Shown here piece by piece: positions 28,258-42,950 of a stretch of 64,000 nt of DNA. Location: contig OZ024741.1 of assembly GCA_964016885.1 (NCBI GenBank), positions 367,660,001 to 367,724,000 of the forward strand, written 5' to 3'. Positions within the stretch are counted from its first letter, which is position 1. Each line of letters begins with the position of its first letter. Made by a program: the position numbers and the translations under genes. Source of the DNA: Eledone cirrhosa (taxonomy: Eukaryota). Under the pieces are notes generated by a model. That model was not told the origin of the DNA, ran no database searches, and saw nothing but the letters and a program-made list of their open reading frames with translations.

Positions 28258-28929
28258 GTATATGTATATGTGTATGTATTAATTTTAATTTCTGTTTACC
28301 TATAATTATATTCTACTATAGATAAAATACAATATCTGTTTTAATTATTATAAACCTAATTAACATATACTATAGAAATTAATATATAATTTTTAATTTA
28401 GTTAACCTATAATTTATATTCTACTACCGATGTAATACTTTATTTGTTTTTTCCCTATTACTAAATTCATTTCCTAATATTGATACCATAACGTTAATAA
28501 TTTTAATTTAGTTATACTATAATTAATACTCTACTACTATTTAACTTCAAAATTCCGCTTCAAATATTATAAACCTAAATAGTATACACCTTAGAAATCA
28601 ATATATTAACTATCTTTAATTTAGTTAACCTATAATTAATGGTATACTTATATTGAAATGCATAATTTTGCCTTCTTTCTTACATTTCCTAATACTGAAA
28701 CTACTATGTAAACACATATTATGATCTAAATGCAGATTAATATTCTATGTTTCTTGAAACCTATATTTACTATAATCCCCTCCCCCCCCCCCTTTCCCCC
28801 CCCCTACTATTATTATTTGTATTTGTAAGCGTGGATGTATGTATGTATATGTAGGTAGGTATGTATGTTTGGGTGTTTGTATGTGAGTATAAAAATACAT
28901 ATGTGCGCATGTAAATAAGGGTGTATGAT

Positions 28930-28998
<69 letters not shown>

Positions 28999-29148
28999 AT
29001 ATATATGTATGTATATATATGTGTATATATATGTGTATCTATGTATTTATGTGGGTATATGTGTGTATGTATATATATGCACATGTATATGTCTATGTGT
29101 ATATGTGTGTATGTGTATATATGTACGTATGTGCGCATGTATATGTGA

Positions 29149-29216
<68 letters not shown>

Positions 29217-29411
29217 AGTTGATGTGTGTATGTGTATATATATATGTATGTATATGTATATATATATATATATATGTATATGTATATGTGTATGTATATA
29301 TATGTGTATATGTATGTGTGTGCATATTTGTCTGACTGTGTATATTAATTAATTTATTTATTTATTTATTTTATTTCTTTATTTTTTTATATATATATGT
29401 ATATATATGTA

Positions 29412-29450
<39 letters not shown>

Positions 29451-29784
29451 ATATGTGTATATATGTATGTGTGTGTATATATATGTATGTGTGTATGTAT
29501 GTGTATGTATGTATGTGTGTTTGTGTGTGTACGTGTGTATATATTTATATGTGTATATGTATCTCTATTTATATATGTATATATGTGTATGTATATCCCT
29601 TTATTTATGTATGTCTGAGTTGTGTGAGCGTGTGGTGGTGTTTGTATGTATATACGCATACATGGATGTGTATGTATGTGTATGTATGTGTATATATGCG
29701 TATATGTATGTGTGTATGTGTGTGTGAGTATATATGTATGTCTATGTATGAGTATGTATGTGTGTGTATGTATGTGTGTATATA

Positions 29785-29855
<71 letters not shown>

Positions 29856-29936
29856 TATATGTGTGTGTATGTGTGTATATATATCTTTATATATGTGTAT
29901 GTGTATGTGTGTGTATGTATGTGTGTGTATATATAA

Positions 29937-29988
<52 letters not shown>

Positions 29989-30072
29989 ATATGTATATAT
30001 ATATATATATTTATATGTGGGTATGTATGTGTATGTGTGTATATACATGAGTGTGTTTATATATGTGTGTAG

Positions 30073-30130
<58 letters not shown>

Positions 30131-30341
30131 TGTGAATGTGTGTATATATATATATGTATGCGTGTATGTGTATGTATATATATGTGTGTATATGTGTATA
30201 TGTCTATGTATTTATATGTGTATATGTATGTGTCTCTATATGTATGCGTGTGTGTATGTGTATGTGTATTTATATGGTGTGTGTATGTATATGTATGTGT
30301 ATGTATGTGTTTATGTATATGTGTATGTATATGTATGTATA

Positions 30342-30426
<85 letters not shown>

Positions 30427-30460
30427 GTATGTATATCGATGTATATTTTATATTTCACTT

Positions 30461-30523
<63 letters not shown>

Positions 30524-31335
30524 GTGTAAGGAATTCTTTTACAATGGAATTAGCTCGAAAGGAAATATTCCTGAGCCGTGTATAAAAGTAATATATATGA
30601 GTAATATATATGTTGAAACAGATACCAACAGATACCAACATATAAATACAGATATGTTGGTATCTGTTTCAACATATATATTACTCATATATATTACTTT
30701 TATACTTTTATATATATATATATATATTTTCTTGATATATTTCTTTTTTCTTTTTCTTTTCTTTTTATTTCTAAATTTATAGATACATTTATAAATAGGC
30801 AGTCTGCTGACACCGGTGAATACTGACCTCTTCTCCCCCCCCCCCCCCCCCCACCTACTTTCTGTATCTGGATCTAAATATGTGTGGCAGTGTTTATGTG
30901 CGCGCATTAATGTCCATATGCTTATGATAATAGTATAGACACACATATATATGTGTGTGGGGGTGTGTGTGTGTATATATGTTCGTGGTTGTGTGTATGC
31001 TTATGCGTATACGCGCGTGTGTGTGTGAATGTACGTATATGTGTGAGTATATGAATGTGTGTATATATTTATTTTATATTTATATGTGTATACGTATTTT
31101 ATCTGTAGATTATAAACATACAGAGACATTAGCCTTGAATTTTTGTATTTACATACATCTTTTTGGCATGCGTATGCATGTGAACATATATCTTTATGCA
31201 TATCTGTGGACGAAGTTACTTACATATATACACACACCTAACTGTATAAACTTTTTGTATTTTCATTGGTCAATTTGAACTCTGTTCCCAAACAGACCTG
31301 TAATTTTGAATTGTTGTTATTATCAATAAATATAT

Positions 31336-31489
31336 TTCATTATTTCTGAAGACGGCATATATATGTGTTGGTATGTATATTTAATTTTGATAGTTTGTAT
31401 AATTTTGTATAATTTTGTACATAGATCTGTTGAATATGCATGCCAATTCTAACACATATATATCCTAGAAACGATCGTTAAATAATGAA
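31336..31489 (+). ncRNA. Type I hammerhead ribozyme with very long stem II (right-arm copy)
   Basis: ttcattattt-CTGAAGA-[~115-nt hairpin, atatatatgtgttgg/ctaacacatatatat]-GAAA-CGATCG-TT-aaataatgaa. 10-bp stem I and palindromic stem III ACGATCGT. Confidence 0.75.
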
Positions 31490-31683
31490 CTTTTTTTGTT
31501 TAATATAAGGAACTGTTTCATTGTTTTATTCATTATTTTTTTTATATTTTATCTTGACTCTGTATTCCGTTTATCTTTCACCGAAAGTGATTTTTCATTG
31601 CATCTCTTCTTTCCATGATATCCGGATTACATTGAGTTCTTCATACAGATTGGACACTACCGTAAACTCTTGGTAGATTTATC

Positions 31684-31800
<117 letters not shown>

Positions 31801-31859
31801 ATGTATGTGTATATATGTATGTGTGTATGTATGTACTTGTATGTGTATGTGTATGTATG

Positions 31860-31945
<86 letters not shown>

Positions 31946-32079
31946 GAGAGATATATGTATATGTGTATATGTATGTATATGTGTGTGTGTGTCTGTATGT
32001 GTTTATGTGTACATATATGTATGTATATATGTATGTATATATATATATACATATATATATACATATATATATACATATG

Positions 32080-32111
<32 letters not shown>

Positions 32112-32145
32112 CATATATATATACATATACATATATACATATATA

Positions 32146-32397
32146 GTGCCTTTGCTCACTATAAAAGCTTCACAGCACAGGCATTGCTTTATATCTGGAG
32201 ATCTCTCTGCACTTGTCATCACGTGGTATCATGGGCCCTGCACTATGTGTCAATAATGGTCACAAGTGTAGTCTTTGTACCAGAGTTTTCAAGTCGCTGG
32301 CTGGACTAAAAAGTCACATTCGTTCAGCGCATCGGTAGGGGTTCTCCTACATGGATATAAAGTAGTGGCCGTACTCGAAAACGAGTTGGCAGCCACC

Positions 32398-32398
<1 letters not shown>
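32146..32398 (-). mobile_element. Fragment of the 63005-63612 element inserted in the right arm only
   Basis: Near-identical reverse complement of about 63004-63259; sits inside TA-rich repeat. Confidence 0.9.
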
Positions 32399-32431
<33 letters not shown>

Positions 32432-33403
32432 ATGTGTGTGTGTGTATGCCTCTCTCTCTCTCTATATATATATATATATGTATATATATATGTATGTGTG
32501 TATGTGTGTGTGTGTGTATGCATGTATGTGTGAACGGAGGTATATATACGGACATATGTATATGTGTGTGTGTGTGTGTGTACACGTGTGTGTATGTGTG
32601 CGTGTATGGGTTTATATGTATATTTAGTTATGTATCTTTATGTATGTATATGTATGTATGTATATATATATATACCCATGTGGAGGTATGAGTACATATT
32701 CGTGTGTGTACGTATGTGTATATGTGTTTTTATATGTGTCTTTATATGTTTTTGTGTATGTATGTGGATGTATATGTACATGGGTGTGTGATTGATGGTG
32801 TGTGCCTATATATTCCTACATATGCCCGTGTGTGTATGTACGTATATACGCACATATGTGTGTGTTGAACAAAGGACTAATTTTGGGATGGACGTAGAAA
32901 AATTCTTCAGGGAAAAAAATAATTGTTTACAAACTTGGCAGGTGCGATTTGCCTGTGACCATTCTCAACACAAAGGAATCCCCTGAATAAATGAATTTTT
33001 CGAGAATGACCGGGGCAGGCCGCACTTGCTACATTTCTCCCCACCCAACCCTACTCACCGTCTCAACTCATTACTGCTATTAACACTTTTTCAACACACC
33101 TACACCCATGCACTTATTAAAAAGGGGGAGGAAAAAAACCCGCACCACACCACAGACATGTTAAATCCCTATATATAGAACAACACACCACATACACATC
33201 AGTTTGACAAGCGCACCTCAGCGTGAAAGGTCGTTCTAAAAACGAAACAATACCTCCTACGTTAACCAAGAACTCCTAAGACCTAACTTAATTTATAAAA
33301 TAATTTTTTTTAAGAAAATAAATTTGCTCAAAGCACAAGTGAAGCCATTTTTTCTTCTCCCCTGTCTTAATATACCTAACTGTACCAAGGATTACACACA
33401 TTT

Positions 33404-33465
<62 letters not shown>

Positions 33466-33888
33466 GGAAAAGAATGAAACGAAATTTAATTTCTCACTCT
33501 TAGTACGGCTGATACTTAAATGTAAGTATGTATACGTACATACATATATGTATACAGACGTACAGGAGTATGTATATATATACATACATGCACACATATA
33601 TATATGTACGTATGGGTTTACCGAACATTAATTATAATGTTCGGTTTGTTTGTAAACAAACAAACAGCCCGAATTACACCGTACAGTGTTCAGGCAACCA
33701 TCATATATACCTCTTGGGTGAGTCGCGATACCGGCAAACAGCAATTCACAAGATGACTTTCAGCCGAATATCCAAGCAGTCATTCCAGTAAGTCATATAT
33801 ATATATACATACATATATACAAAAAAAAGTTTATATTAGTAGCATGACAAAGTCAAATATATGTACATTCATTTATTATGGCTATTGG

Positions 33889-34161
33889 CAAGAGCCTTGT
33901 TTCAGGGGGGTACCAGAGGACAGCCCCCCCCCCCCCCCCCTCACACACACACACACACACTTTTTCAGGAATGGGGAACAAACCATCTTTTGTTTTTTGT
34001 TTATTTGATATAATAAATTCTTTTTAAGCTTATTTTTTTATATCTGAACTTCATTTGAATATATAAAATTTAATTAGCATAAAATGTTACTTATGTGATA
34101 GGGTCCGCGAAAGGCACCATAAGTAATTCATGCTCCTTTAAGAATCAACAAATGTTGGTTC

Positions 34162-34192
<31 letters not shown>

Positions 34193-34209
34193 ACACAACG
34201 GGGCCCCTG
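33889..34209. mobile_element. hAT-type MITE
   Basis: Perfect 8-bp TSD GCTATTGG (33881-33888, 34210-34217); short imperfect TIRs caagagcc/ggcccctg. Confidence 0.75.
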
Positions 34210-34819
34210 GCTATTGGTGAGCTTTGTTATTCTAAAGTTTCAACTGCGCACTGACAGGATCACCAGTCTTATCTGATGACTCTACTACAGTATTGAGTTT
34301 TCATTCTTACGAAATTTTATTGTAAGTGATTCATATTGATACAGCAGGTGGAGAATCTAATAATTTTATTTTACATTTAAAATCATTATATATGACAAAA
34401 GAAGAACATTACAAGAAATCTCATATTTTACGAGCGTACACTATACAATTACTGATTTTCCAAGTCCACCACCATTATTGTCACCCCTCCTATTATTTGG
34501 GACCCGAAAGTGCCACCAAACGCTCCTTCTCTCTATGTCTATCACACAAAACTCTCATTTAATCCCCCTCTCTGTATCTACTAAAACCAAACTTTACCCC
34601 TCTCTATATCTACCGCGACACCGCCTCTCTTATCCCGCTCTCTATATCTAAGACTAATAAACTCTCAAACTCTCTATAAATATCAACACTTATCTCTCCC
34701 AATCCCCTCTGTATATCAATCACTTTTAAACTCTCACCCTCTCTATATCTACTACTCTTCACTCGAAACGATAAGGTCTGGTTTCTTGGGTATGTCACCA
34801 TTTATAAAACAAATTTTGT

Positions 34820-34878
34820 ATTTTATTTGATGAGAGCGTTCCAAAATGTTGGTACCCTTGAAATATATATAATAAAAT
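34820..34878 (+). ncRNA. Type I hammerhead ribozyme (C3U core variant)
   Basis: attttat-TTGATGA-imperfect stem II-GAAA-TATATAT-A-ataaaat. Same family as 38534 and 49754. Confidence 0.7.
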
Positions 34879-35096
34879 AAATATGGTTTTATAAATATAG
34901 TTTCCATTTATTAATATCATTGATATTATACTCCAGAAAAACTGTAGAGTGCTTCGAATCTGTTATAAATAAATTTGTTGAATAACCAACAAATTAAATA
35001 TCTCTTTGCTAATAAAACTTTTATATATATATATATATATAATGCTTATATATATATATGCTTATATATATATGTTTATATATATATATATATATG

Positions 35097-35195
<99 letters not shown>

Positions 35196-35463
35196 TAAAA
35201 CATGTCTATAGAATCACCAGATAAAATATATACCATTTCCTCGCCCAATTAGCATAATTAACTATATAAAAAATCGAATAGACCAGGCTATAAGAATAAG
35301 GCTTCTATGAAGAAATTTCCAGCAAATAACCGAAACTAGCCCTTTGCGTCGGCCGCGACGGAATATTTATCGAATATTTCGACAGCGTAATCGCCCAGAT
35401 ACAGTCAATTAAACAGAATTAGGTGTAAAATAAACTAGGAGAAAATAGAATACATTTATTTAC

Positions 35464-35536
35464 CTCTACCATGGTTTCGTCCGCATTTTGAGATTTCCAG
35501 TAACTTTGGAAATTCGAGCACCGGACTCTTCAGGAG
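35464..35536 (-). ncRNA. Type I hammerhead ribozyme
   Basis: ctc-CTGAAGA-GTCCG...CGGAC-GAAA-CCATGG-TA-gag. Palindromic stem III ACCATGGT. Confidence 0.85.
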
Positions 35537-35874
35537 TTTTGCTCTAATCTAGACACTAAATTTTCCAAAGTGATCGCGCCAAGAATTCATTCAAAATGGC
35601 TAAGAATCGTGACGTAGCAGCGGTCAGGTTGGAAGGGATGAAGTAGTTGCTTACGGCTGGTGGCTTTTTGCTAGAAAGCACAGCACAATACAGCCAAATT
35701 TGTATCTCAACCTAATGGGAGATTATTACATATAAAGGTTTACATATATATATATATATACATACATACATACATATACGTGTTTTGCAACGGGTCACTT
35801 TGTGACTCAATGAAAAGTTAATAAATTAAATAATCAGAGCTATATATCATAAAACATGTCTATATATATATATG

Positions 35875-35957
<83 letters not shown>

Positions 35958-36012
35958 TTATATATATATGCTTATATATATATGCTTATATATATATATT
36001 TATATATATATA

Positions 36013-36050
<38 letters not shown>

Positions 36051-36054
<4 letters not shown>

Positions 36055-36780
36055 AATAATGGAGCTGCGGCGTTGCAAATGGGTTACATATGAAAAAGTA
36101 AGTCCTTCATCAGTGGCCCTCCAACCGTCCTAGGCATTTCATCGCTTTAAGGGCCATATACCTCAGGTTGGTGCGAACAACGGCTAAAAAAAGTCGTTGG
36201 GACACGTAAATAAAGGGGACGTTGGGGTGAACAAACAAAATGGTTTAAGCAACAGAAAGTGAGAAGAAAGAGACAAGTCCCAGATTTCTATGAATATAAA
36301 CTCGGTGAAATCGTGAACGAGAGAATAAAGACCATCAAACCTGGTTGAAATGTGAGCAAGGAAGGAATTTCGCACAGGTCTAACGGGGGGAAGAAGAAGG
36401 GGCCTGGTCTGCGAATTCGGTAAACATAAGTTCTGTGAAGTCGCAGACGAAAGAGAGAGAGAGAAAAAAATTCATACCGGCTTGGCCAAGAGCACGCGAG
36501 AAAAGAAATCGGACAGGTCAAACGGGAAGAAAGAGGAGGAGGAGGAGAGGTAGTGACAGAGTATGAGTGAGTGAAAGTTGAGGAAGAGGCTAACAGAGAG
36601 AGAGACTGCTAGAAAGGGTAAAGATACAAAGAACGAAACAGACGGGTGGCAGCAGAGGAAAAAATATATGTGTAAATATGATAATAATGGAGCTGCGGCG
36701 TTGCAAATGGGTTACATATGAAAAAGTAAGTCCTTCATCAGTGGCCCTCCAACCGTCCTAGGCATTTCATCGCTTTAAGG

Positions 36781-36788
<8 letters not shown>
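36051..36788 (-). mobile_element. Non-coding element with identical 110-bp terminal direct repeats inside (TA)n (pLTR/retrozyme-like)
   Basis: 36051-36160 equals 36679-36788 (period 628); (TA)n on both sides. Strand assigned only from a CTGATGA in the repeat. Confidence 0.8.
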
Positions 36789-36827
<39 letters not shown>

Positions 36828-36982
36828 TTATATATATATATTTATATATATATATATTTATATATATGTAGAGGTTATATTTAATTTGTTGGGATACAAG
36901 AAGCAAAATATGTATAATGAAATAAATATGGTTTTATAAATATAGTTTCCATTTGTTAATATATTGTATTTATATATATATT

Positions 36983-37122
<140 letters not shown>

Positions 37123-37190
37123 CATATTTATATATATTTATATATATTTACATATTTATATATATTTATATATATTTACATATTTATATA

Positions 37191-37236
<46 letters not shown>

Positions 37237-37416
37237 GGTTTGAAGGTTCACCACTGGATAGAGCTCGACATTCCGCATGGTTCAATCTTGATGTAATAAT
37301 ATGGAGGGTACTCAACGTAAAGCAGCTCAACCGTCTTCGTTTGTGTAGTTGGTGGTGCGAGTACGGAGTTAAATATTATAATAAAATAACAGGAGGCTAT
37401 CCTTGAAAGGTTTATT

Positions 37417-37474
37417 ATACTATGATCATTTCAATGACCGGGTTCCGTATGAATCCGGTGATATCATCAGGTAT
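37417..37474 (-). ncRNA. Type I hammerhead ribozyme (U10.1-U11.1 variant)
   Basis: atac-CTGATGA-tatcaccggattc...gaacccggtcatt-GAAA-TGATCA-TA-gtat. Palindromic stem III ATGATCAT. Confidence 0.8.
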
Positions 37475-37634
37475 TCGAAATATAATAAATGAATGTAACA
37501 GATAAAATCCATGGGGCTGAAAATCAGAGACCCGAGGACGACCGACCATCTAGCATCTTCCACTTTAGCCGGTCGCCCTCATATATATAGTGACGAAACA
37601 TAAGTCAATTGCATGAACTCATAATCCTTTATTT

Positions 37635-37690
37635 ACTGCTATATATATTTCGATGATAGCCATTGAATGGCTATGACCTCATCAGGCAGT
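37635..37690 (-). ncRNA. Type I hammerhead ribozyme
   Basis: actgc-CTGATGA-ggtcatagccat-tca-atggctatcatc-GAAA-TATATAT-A-gcagt. Confidence 0.88.
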
Positions 37691-38294
37691 TAGTCAGTTC
37701 TTAGGTATGCCAGCTCTGTGTTTATAGTGTTAATGGTATCAGAGCCTTGGGACATATGAGCTTGTTAGAAATAAATTAATGTTGTCAGCAGGAATAGTCT
37801 TAATTCTCATTGGTCAGTTTGTAGATGGTAGTAGAGTTGGTATTTGACCTCAAAGAGGCAGGTGGTGTTGTAAAGTTCAAACCGTCAGGCAAGATGACAA
37901 TAGTTCCATATGACTGATTTTCACAAAAGGCATTCCTGGTCAGATATATATTCAATTAAGGTTAATGGTATGAAATAGATACTACAGGTCATTCTTAAGT
38001 TGAGGAATTTATGTGGAGTGGTGCTACTGAAATTTATGGTTGGAGTAGAAAATTTACAAATAAAAAGACTTATGTAGGTTGGCTTGCACTACACTCATAC
38101 CCACACCCACAGACACACACACACATCCACACATACAAAATGTGGGGTGGTAATACTTAATATAATGGTTAGAGTCCAATACTTAGATAGTTTAGAAAAT
38201 TTAGAAAAACGTAATAAATTCAATAGAGAATGTGTGAGTAAGAAAAACGTTGGTTAATGTGACAGCTAGATTTTAAAATGTATGATGCTACAAG

Positions 38295-38394
<100 letters not shown>

Positions 38395-38533
38395 GAGTTA
38401 AACAAAATTCAATGAGTATATCAAAGAATGAGTTTTACAGTAGATTGGAAGCACTCTGCAAAAAATAATTTTACAGAGTTATTAATATTAAAATACAAAT
38501 ATTAATAAAATAGATGTTCTTTTGATCAATTAA

Positions 38534-38586
38534 ATTTTATTATACATATTTCGGAGGTACAACAGTACGTCCTCATCAGACAAAAT
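38534..38586 (-). ncRNA. Type I hammerhead ribozyme
   Basis: attttgt-CTGATGA-ggacgtac-tgtt-gtacctcc-GAAA-TATGTAT-A-ataaaat. Confidence 0.88.
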
Positions 38587-40008
38587 ATAATGATACATGA
38601 TATACTCTGAGATGTTAAATGGTTAAGATTTAATCAAGGTAGTGATTAACCTAAGAGCAAATTCAACATTTATACCCTAATAATGAGAAAATGCAAAAAC
38701 GTAATAAATTCAATAAAGAATGTGTGAGTAAGAAAAAAGTTGGTTAATGTGACAGCTATAGAGATTTTAAAATGTATGATACTATAATTTATGGTTATCT
38801 AGGAAAACATCTCATGAATTATAACAGTCCATGAGGGCCGCTGAAAGAGGATTTAAAGAGAGGGAAAGATAAGGGGGAGTAATATATGCAGAAAGAGATT
38901 TTTTCCAAAAGCTAAACGGTTAAGTTTCAAAATATTTAATTTATGTTATTTTTTAGGGTGAAGAATCAAGATTTTAGGTTTTTTTGTTGTTTTTTTTTAA
39001 GTTGCTGGTTATTTATATTTATTAATTTTATAAATTCTATAAGTGTGTTAACATTTCTAAACTTCTGAATTTTATGAGGATAAAATTTAAAGGATTTACC
39101 TGGCCAGCGAAAGGAAAATTTACACTGTTGAATATTTTCCTAGATCTAAATTTTAACGAAGATTACCTATAAAAATGTCAACATTTTCGGTATGTAAAGC
39201 TTATGAAGTACTTATTGTTAAATAACGATTATGTATATAGATATATATTAATGAGCCAGTATATTTTAGGTAAATGATAACGAATATAAAATAATAGATT
39301 GAAGCATGCTAAAGTTAAATAGATACCTATATATAAAAGGGTGTAAATGCATGAATTATTCACAGTTCAAAATAAATAATAATCTAAAAATTTAGAAGTT
39401 ATCTAAAAATTATGTATAGAGAGATACAGGGAGGTATGTATAGATATATATTAAGTATTAGTGATACAGTATACTTTAGGTAAATGATAACGATTATAAT
39501 CTTATATAATAGATTTCAACGTGTTACAGTTAAATACATACATATATATAAGAAAAACAATAATAAATGCATGGATAATTCAGAGTTCAAAATAAGGTCC
39601 GTAATAATTTATAGTTTGGATATTTGCTCTATATTTGAATCATGGATATAAAAATACGGTAGGTATATTTAAAAACTTACAAAAGATAATTACATACATA
39701 TTATAAATAAAAAATAAAAGATGTAAACACATGAAAGATTCACAGTTAAAAATAAGTTCCGTAAAAATATACGGGTTGGATATTTAAACTAAAATTTAAA
39801 ACTTAGATAGGAAAATAAAGATAGAGAAATATTGGTATGGATCAAAGTTAATAATATTATGTTATGTATATCAACGTGTCAGCGTGTTATTGAACAAGTG
39901 TCATTCATTCGAGCGTTATTTCTTCTATAGATAGTTATAAGATGATGCAATATTAAAGGCCATTAATGTTTTCCCCTGTTGATTATATACGTCTGAAAAA
40001 CCAAGTGT

Positions 40009-40482
40009 TTAATGGTTTAGTGTTTCTTTCTCTTTTTTTCTAGTTTTGTGGGAGGCTAAGAATGTAGACGTAGCTTTATGAAGGCAACTAGAGAATAATT
40101 CACTTTTTTTGTTAATTAGGGTCTCATAGTTATTAATAATCAACAGGGTCTCCATTGTACAGAGCGCGCAGTTATTTGATATACTAGAGTTGCGGTAAAC
40201 TCCACAATTCCGAAGTTTTGTCCAAAGAATGGAGTATTTTAAATTCCTCTCTTTTAATGACTATATGAGCTGTGATAAAGAAGTGAATGATTTCCTCTTG
40301 GAGTTCGAGAATGAGCATTTATGGTTCGCAAATCTGGCTTTGAATGTAGAAGTCGATCCTATGTAGTTGTATGTGTTGTGATCAGTTTTTACGGTGCATT
40401 TATAAACCAAATTACTATCTAGACAATTATTTTGCAAAGGGCAGTCAGTTTTATTTCTACAATTACATTTTGGTTTAGTATT
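40009..40482 (-). pseudogene. GIY-YIG endonuclease remnant of a PLE (Hydra-like subtype, tentative)
   Basis: KCNCRNKTDCPLQNNCLDSNLVYKC...NYIGSTSTFKARFANH...CALCTME...INKKSELFSSCLH, with one internal stop. Confidence 0.85.
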
Positions 40483-40706
40483 GTTTCATTTTGTTTTCAT
40501 TTTATGAACTTTCAAGTTTTCTTTTCAACATTAAAATTAAAAGTCAAATCTACGCGTTAGAAAAGTTTAAACAGGAAACTGCTAAACACGAGGGTTGGGT
40601 GGGTTTGGAGTGGAGAGAAGGGTTCAGCAGTGGATTCCTACAAGGATGAAGTGAATATATAAACATATTCAACAATTACAATATTAATCAATACAAGCAC
40701 TGTTAA

Positions 40707-40882
40707 CAGTGCCGGATTTACCATTGGCTTAAGTATGCTTAAGTACATGGTCCCGTTGGCCAGCGGGTGGGAAGCATCTTCCTGCCAAAACATTTTTAAC
40801 AATGAATTTTCCAATTTTTCAAATATTTGGAGCCTTATAACTAAACTAGCACAGGGCCACATTTGTTCTAAATCCGGCACTT
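40707..40882. mobile_element. MITE (hAT-like)
   Basis: TIRs cagtgccggattta/taaatccggcact; imperfect 8-bp flank repeat actgttaa/acgattaa. Confidence 0.7.
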
Positions 40883-41170
40883 ACGATTAATATGCAATGT
40901 ACGGCCTGCTATATCTAGGAGGGTTTTAAAAAAACCATCAGTCACCTATTTCCTGGTGGTTATCTGATGTATATATTCCGTCCAAAAGTCGATTAAGGAT
41001 ATCCATCATATCTTCAATTTACAAGGATGTACATACATACACATGTTTACATGTGTATGTATGTATTGAATGTGTATATATACATACAAGTCTCCGATAA
41101 ACTCTGCATTGTCTATGTACAGGTTTAAATTTATCGCATACTTCAGTTTCTTAGTGCACAATTTTATATA

Positions 41171-41242
<72 letters not shown>

Positions 41243-41340
41243 TTATTCCGGGTTGAAATCATCATAATGATCAAGTTATTCGTGAGAAATCATCATGATG
41301 ATTTCTCATGAATGAAACAGTTCTAGTCCTGTAGAAGCTC

Positions 41341-41376
<36 letters not shown>

Positions 41377-41656
41377 ACTTTTAAAAATGAAGTCTGTACG
41401 TTGACCGCTGATAACACTAAATAAAATTGATAATAATTAAGTTTTTTCGTGTGTTTTTAAACTAATCTGACCTCCATCAAGCTCGCTGTCAACTTATTTT
41501 CTGAAAATGAAATGGAGGTTAGTTAGGGAAGAATTTACTGCTCTTTCTAGCACCCAGGTACTGTCTGTTCGTCCGTCATGCTATTTATATATAGATAGTG
41601 AAATACTACTTCAGCTCTCACTCCATCTCCCCTACTCTCTAAATAATTAAAACGTA

Positions 41657-41749
<93 letters not shown>

Positions 41750-42231
41750 TCTGTATGTCCAATAACGCAACACTGATTTTAAAAAAAGACTTTCACAATA
41801 ATGACAGGTGATTGTTGTTGTTATTCTGACTCACTTGCAAACGACTCCTTTTCCCGAAAACAGAGGCAGGGAGGGAGGGGGACCCTTTGAGTTACAGTTA
41901 AGCTCCTCTCGGCCTTTTAAATTTATAGAATAGCACTCGCTGGAGATCGCGAAAAAAAAATTTTTAACTCGTTTTTTTTGTTCGTGTTTTCAACTAATGT
42001 GACCTCCAGTATGCTTGACTCACCTTTTTTTTCGAAAACAGAATGGGTAAATTATTAATAGACATTCTCGTGTTCAGTAATTTCAGTTTAGGTGATAACA
42101 ACTTTAACTGTTTGATCCACATGTCAAGTGCAATATGTCCGAAGAGCCGAACTCCAACTGTCGTCGCCTCCATCTCTCTTACCCTCCCCATCTCTATGTA
42201 TGTGAGCAAATTGGGTCTCACATGTTGGTCA

Positions 42232-42495
42232 CCCCACAGCCCCGGCGGACAAAATGGAGAAGGCGTTTCCCCGGAGGATGGTAAGGGAGATGCGCTGGAA
42301 GAGCCATTCCATCTCGCGACGTTCACACCTGCGGCTGGCCAGCTCAGCGCCTATGGTGGTGAGTAGAGAGGTAGCCCTAGGGCCAAGGACACTTGAAGTA
42401 TCCACTGCCAAGGGCACGACCGTAAACCTGTCGGAGAGCGACTGGTACTTGGAAAGTTTGCCCTCCTCAGCCCGAACTGCAGCAGAACCTGGAAG
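42232..42495 (-). pseudogene. C-terminal RLE endonuclease remnant of a CRE-like non-LTR element
   Basis: AEEGKLSKYQSLSDRFTVVPLAVDTSSVLGP...EWLFQRISLTILRGNA. Paralog at about 61075-61290. Confidence 0.7.
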
Positions 42496-42608
42496 TATGT
42501 GTGCAAATACGTCAACAATGGATCCAATGCTGCCATGTTTGCACTACAAAAATGAAATATGTCTGATGAGGTGTCTAAGTTCCAACATGGCCGATGTATC
42601 TGAAGTAG
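42494..42608 (+). pseudogene. Helitron Rep fragment (catalytic YxxKY region)
   Basis: KYVCKYVNNGSNAAMF...DEVSKFQHGRCI. Confidence 0.6.
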
Positions 42609-42950
42609 AAAGGGGGATTCAGGGGTTCATTCTCCGATTTTTACAGACTCGGAGATTTCTTCTGCGGGTATTTTTTTCTTCGTCCGACTCACTTGCTAAT
42701 AACTCCTTTTTCTAAAAACGGAGGCAGGGGGTGAAAGGGACCATCAGAGTTACAGATAAGCACCCCTCAGTTGTTAAGGATGTTTTGATCCTTCATCATT
42801 TTCTGCTGTTGTGGAAAGCGCTGTAAACTTACTTAATTAAGCGTTCCCCAATTTAGAAATCCGTCATTCATTCCAGCGAATAGTGGCTGTGTGAAAGAGA
42901 AATCCTGTCCCCACCTCCACCCCCCCACCAAATTATATATATCATCATTA

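Noticed and set aside
33215-33265. Hammerhead or SECIS near the outer-arm terminus (gtgaaaggtcgttctaaaaacgaaac)
   Set aside because: Lacks CTGANGA and lacks the SECIS GA quartet partner.
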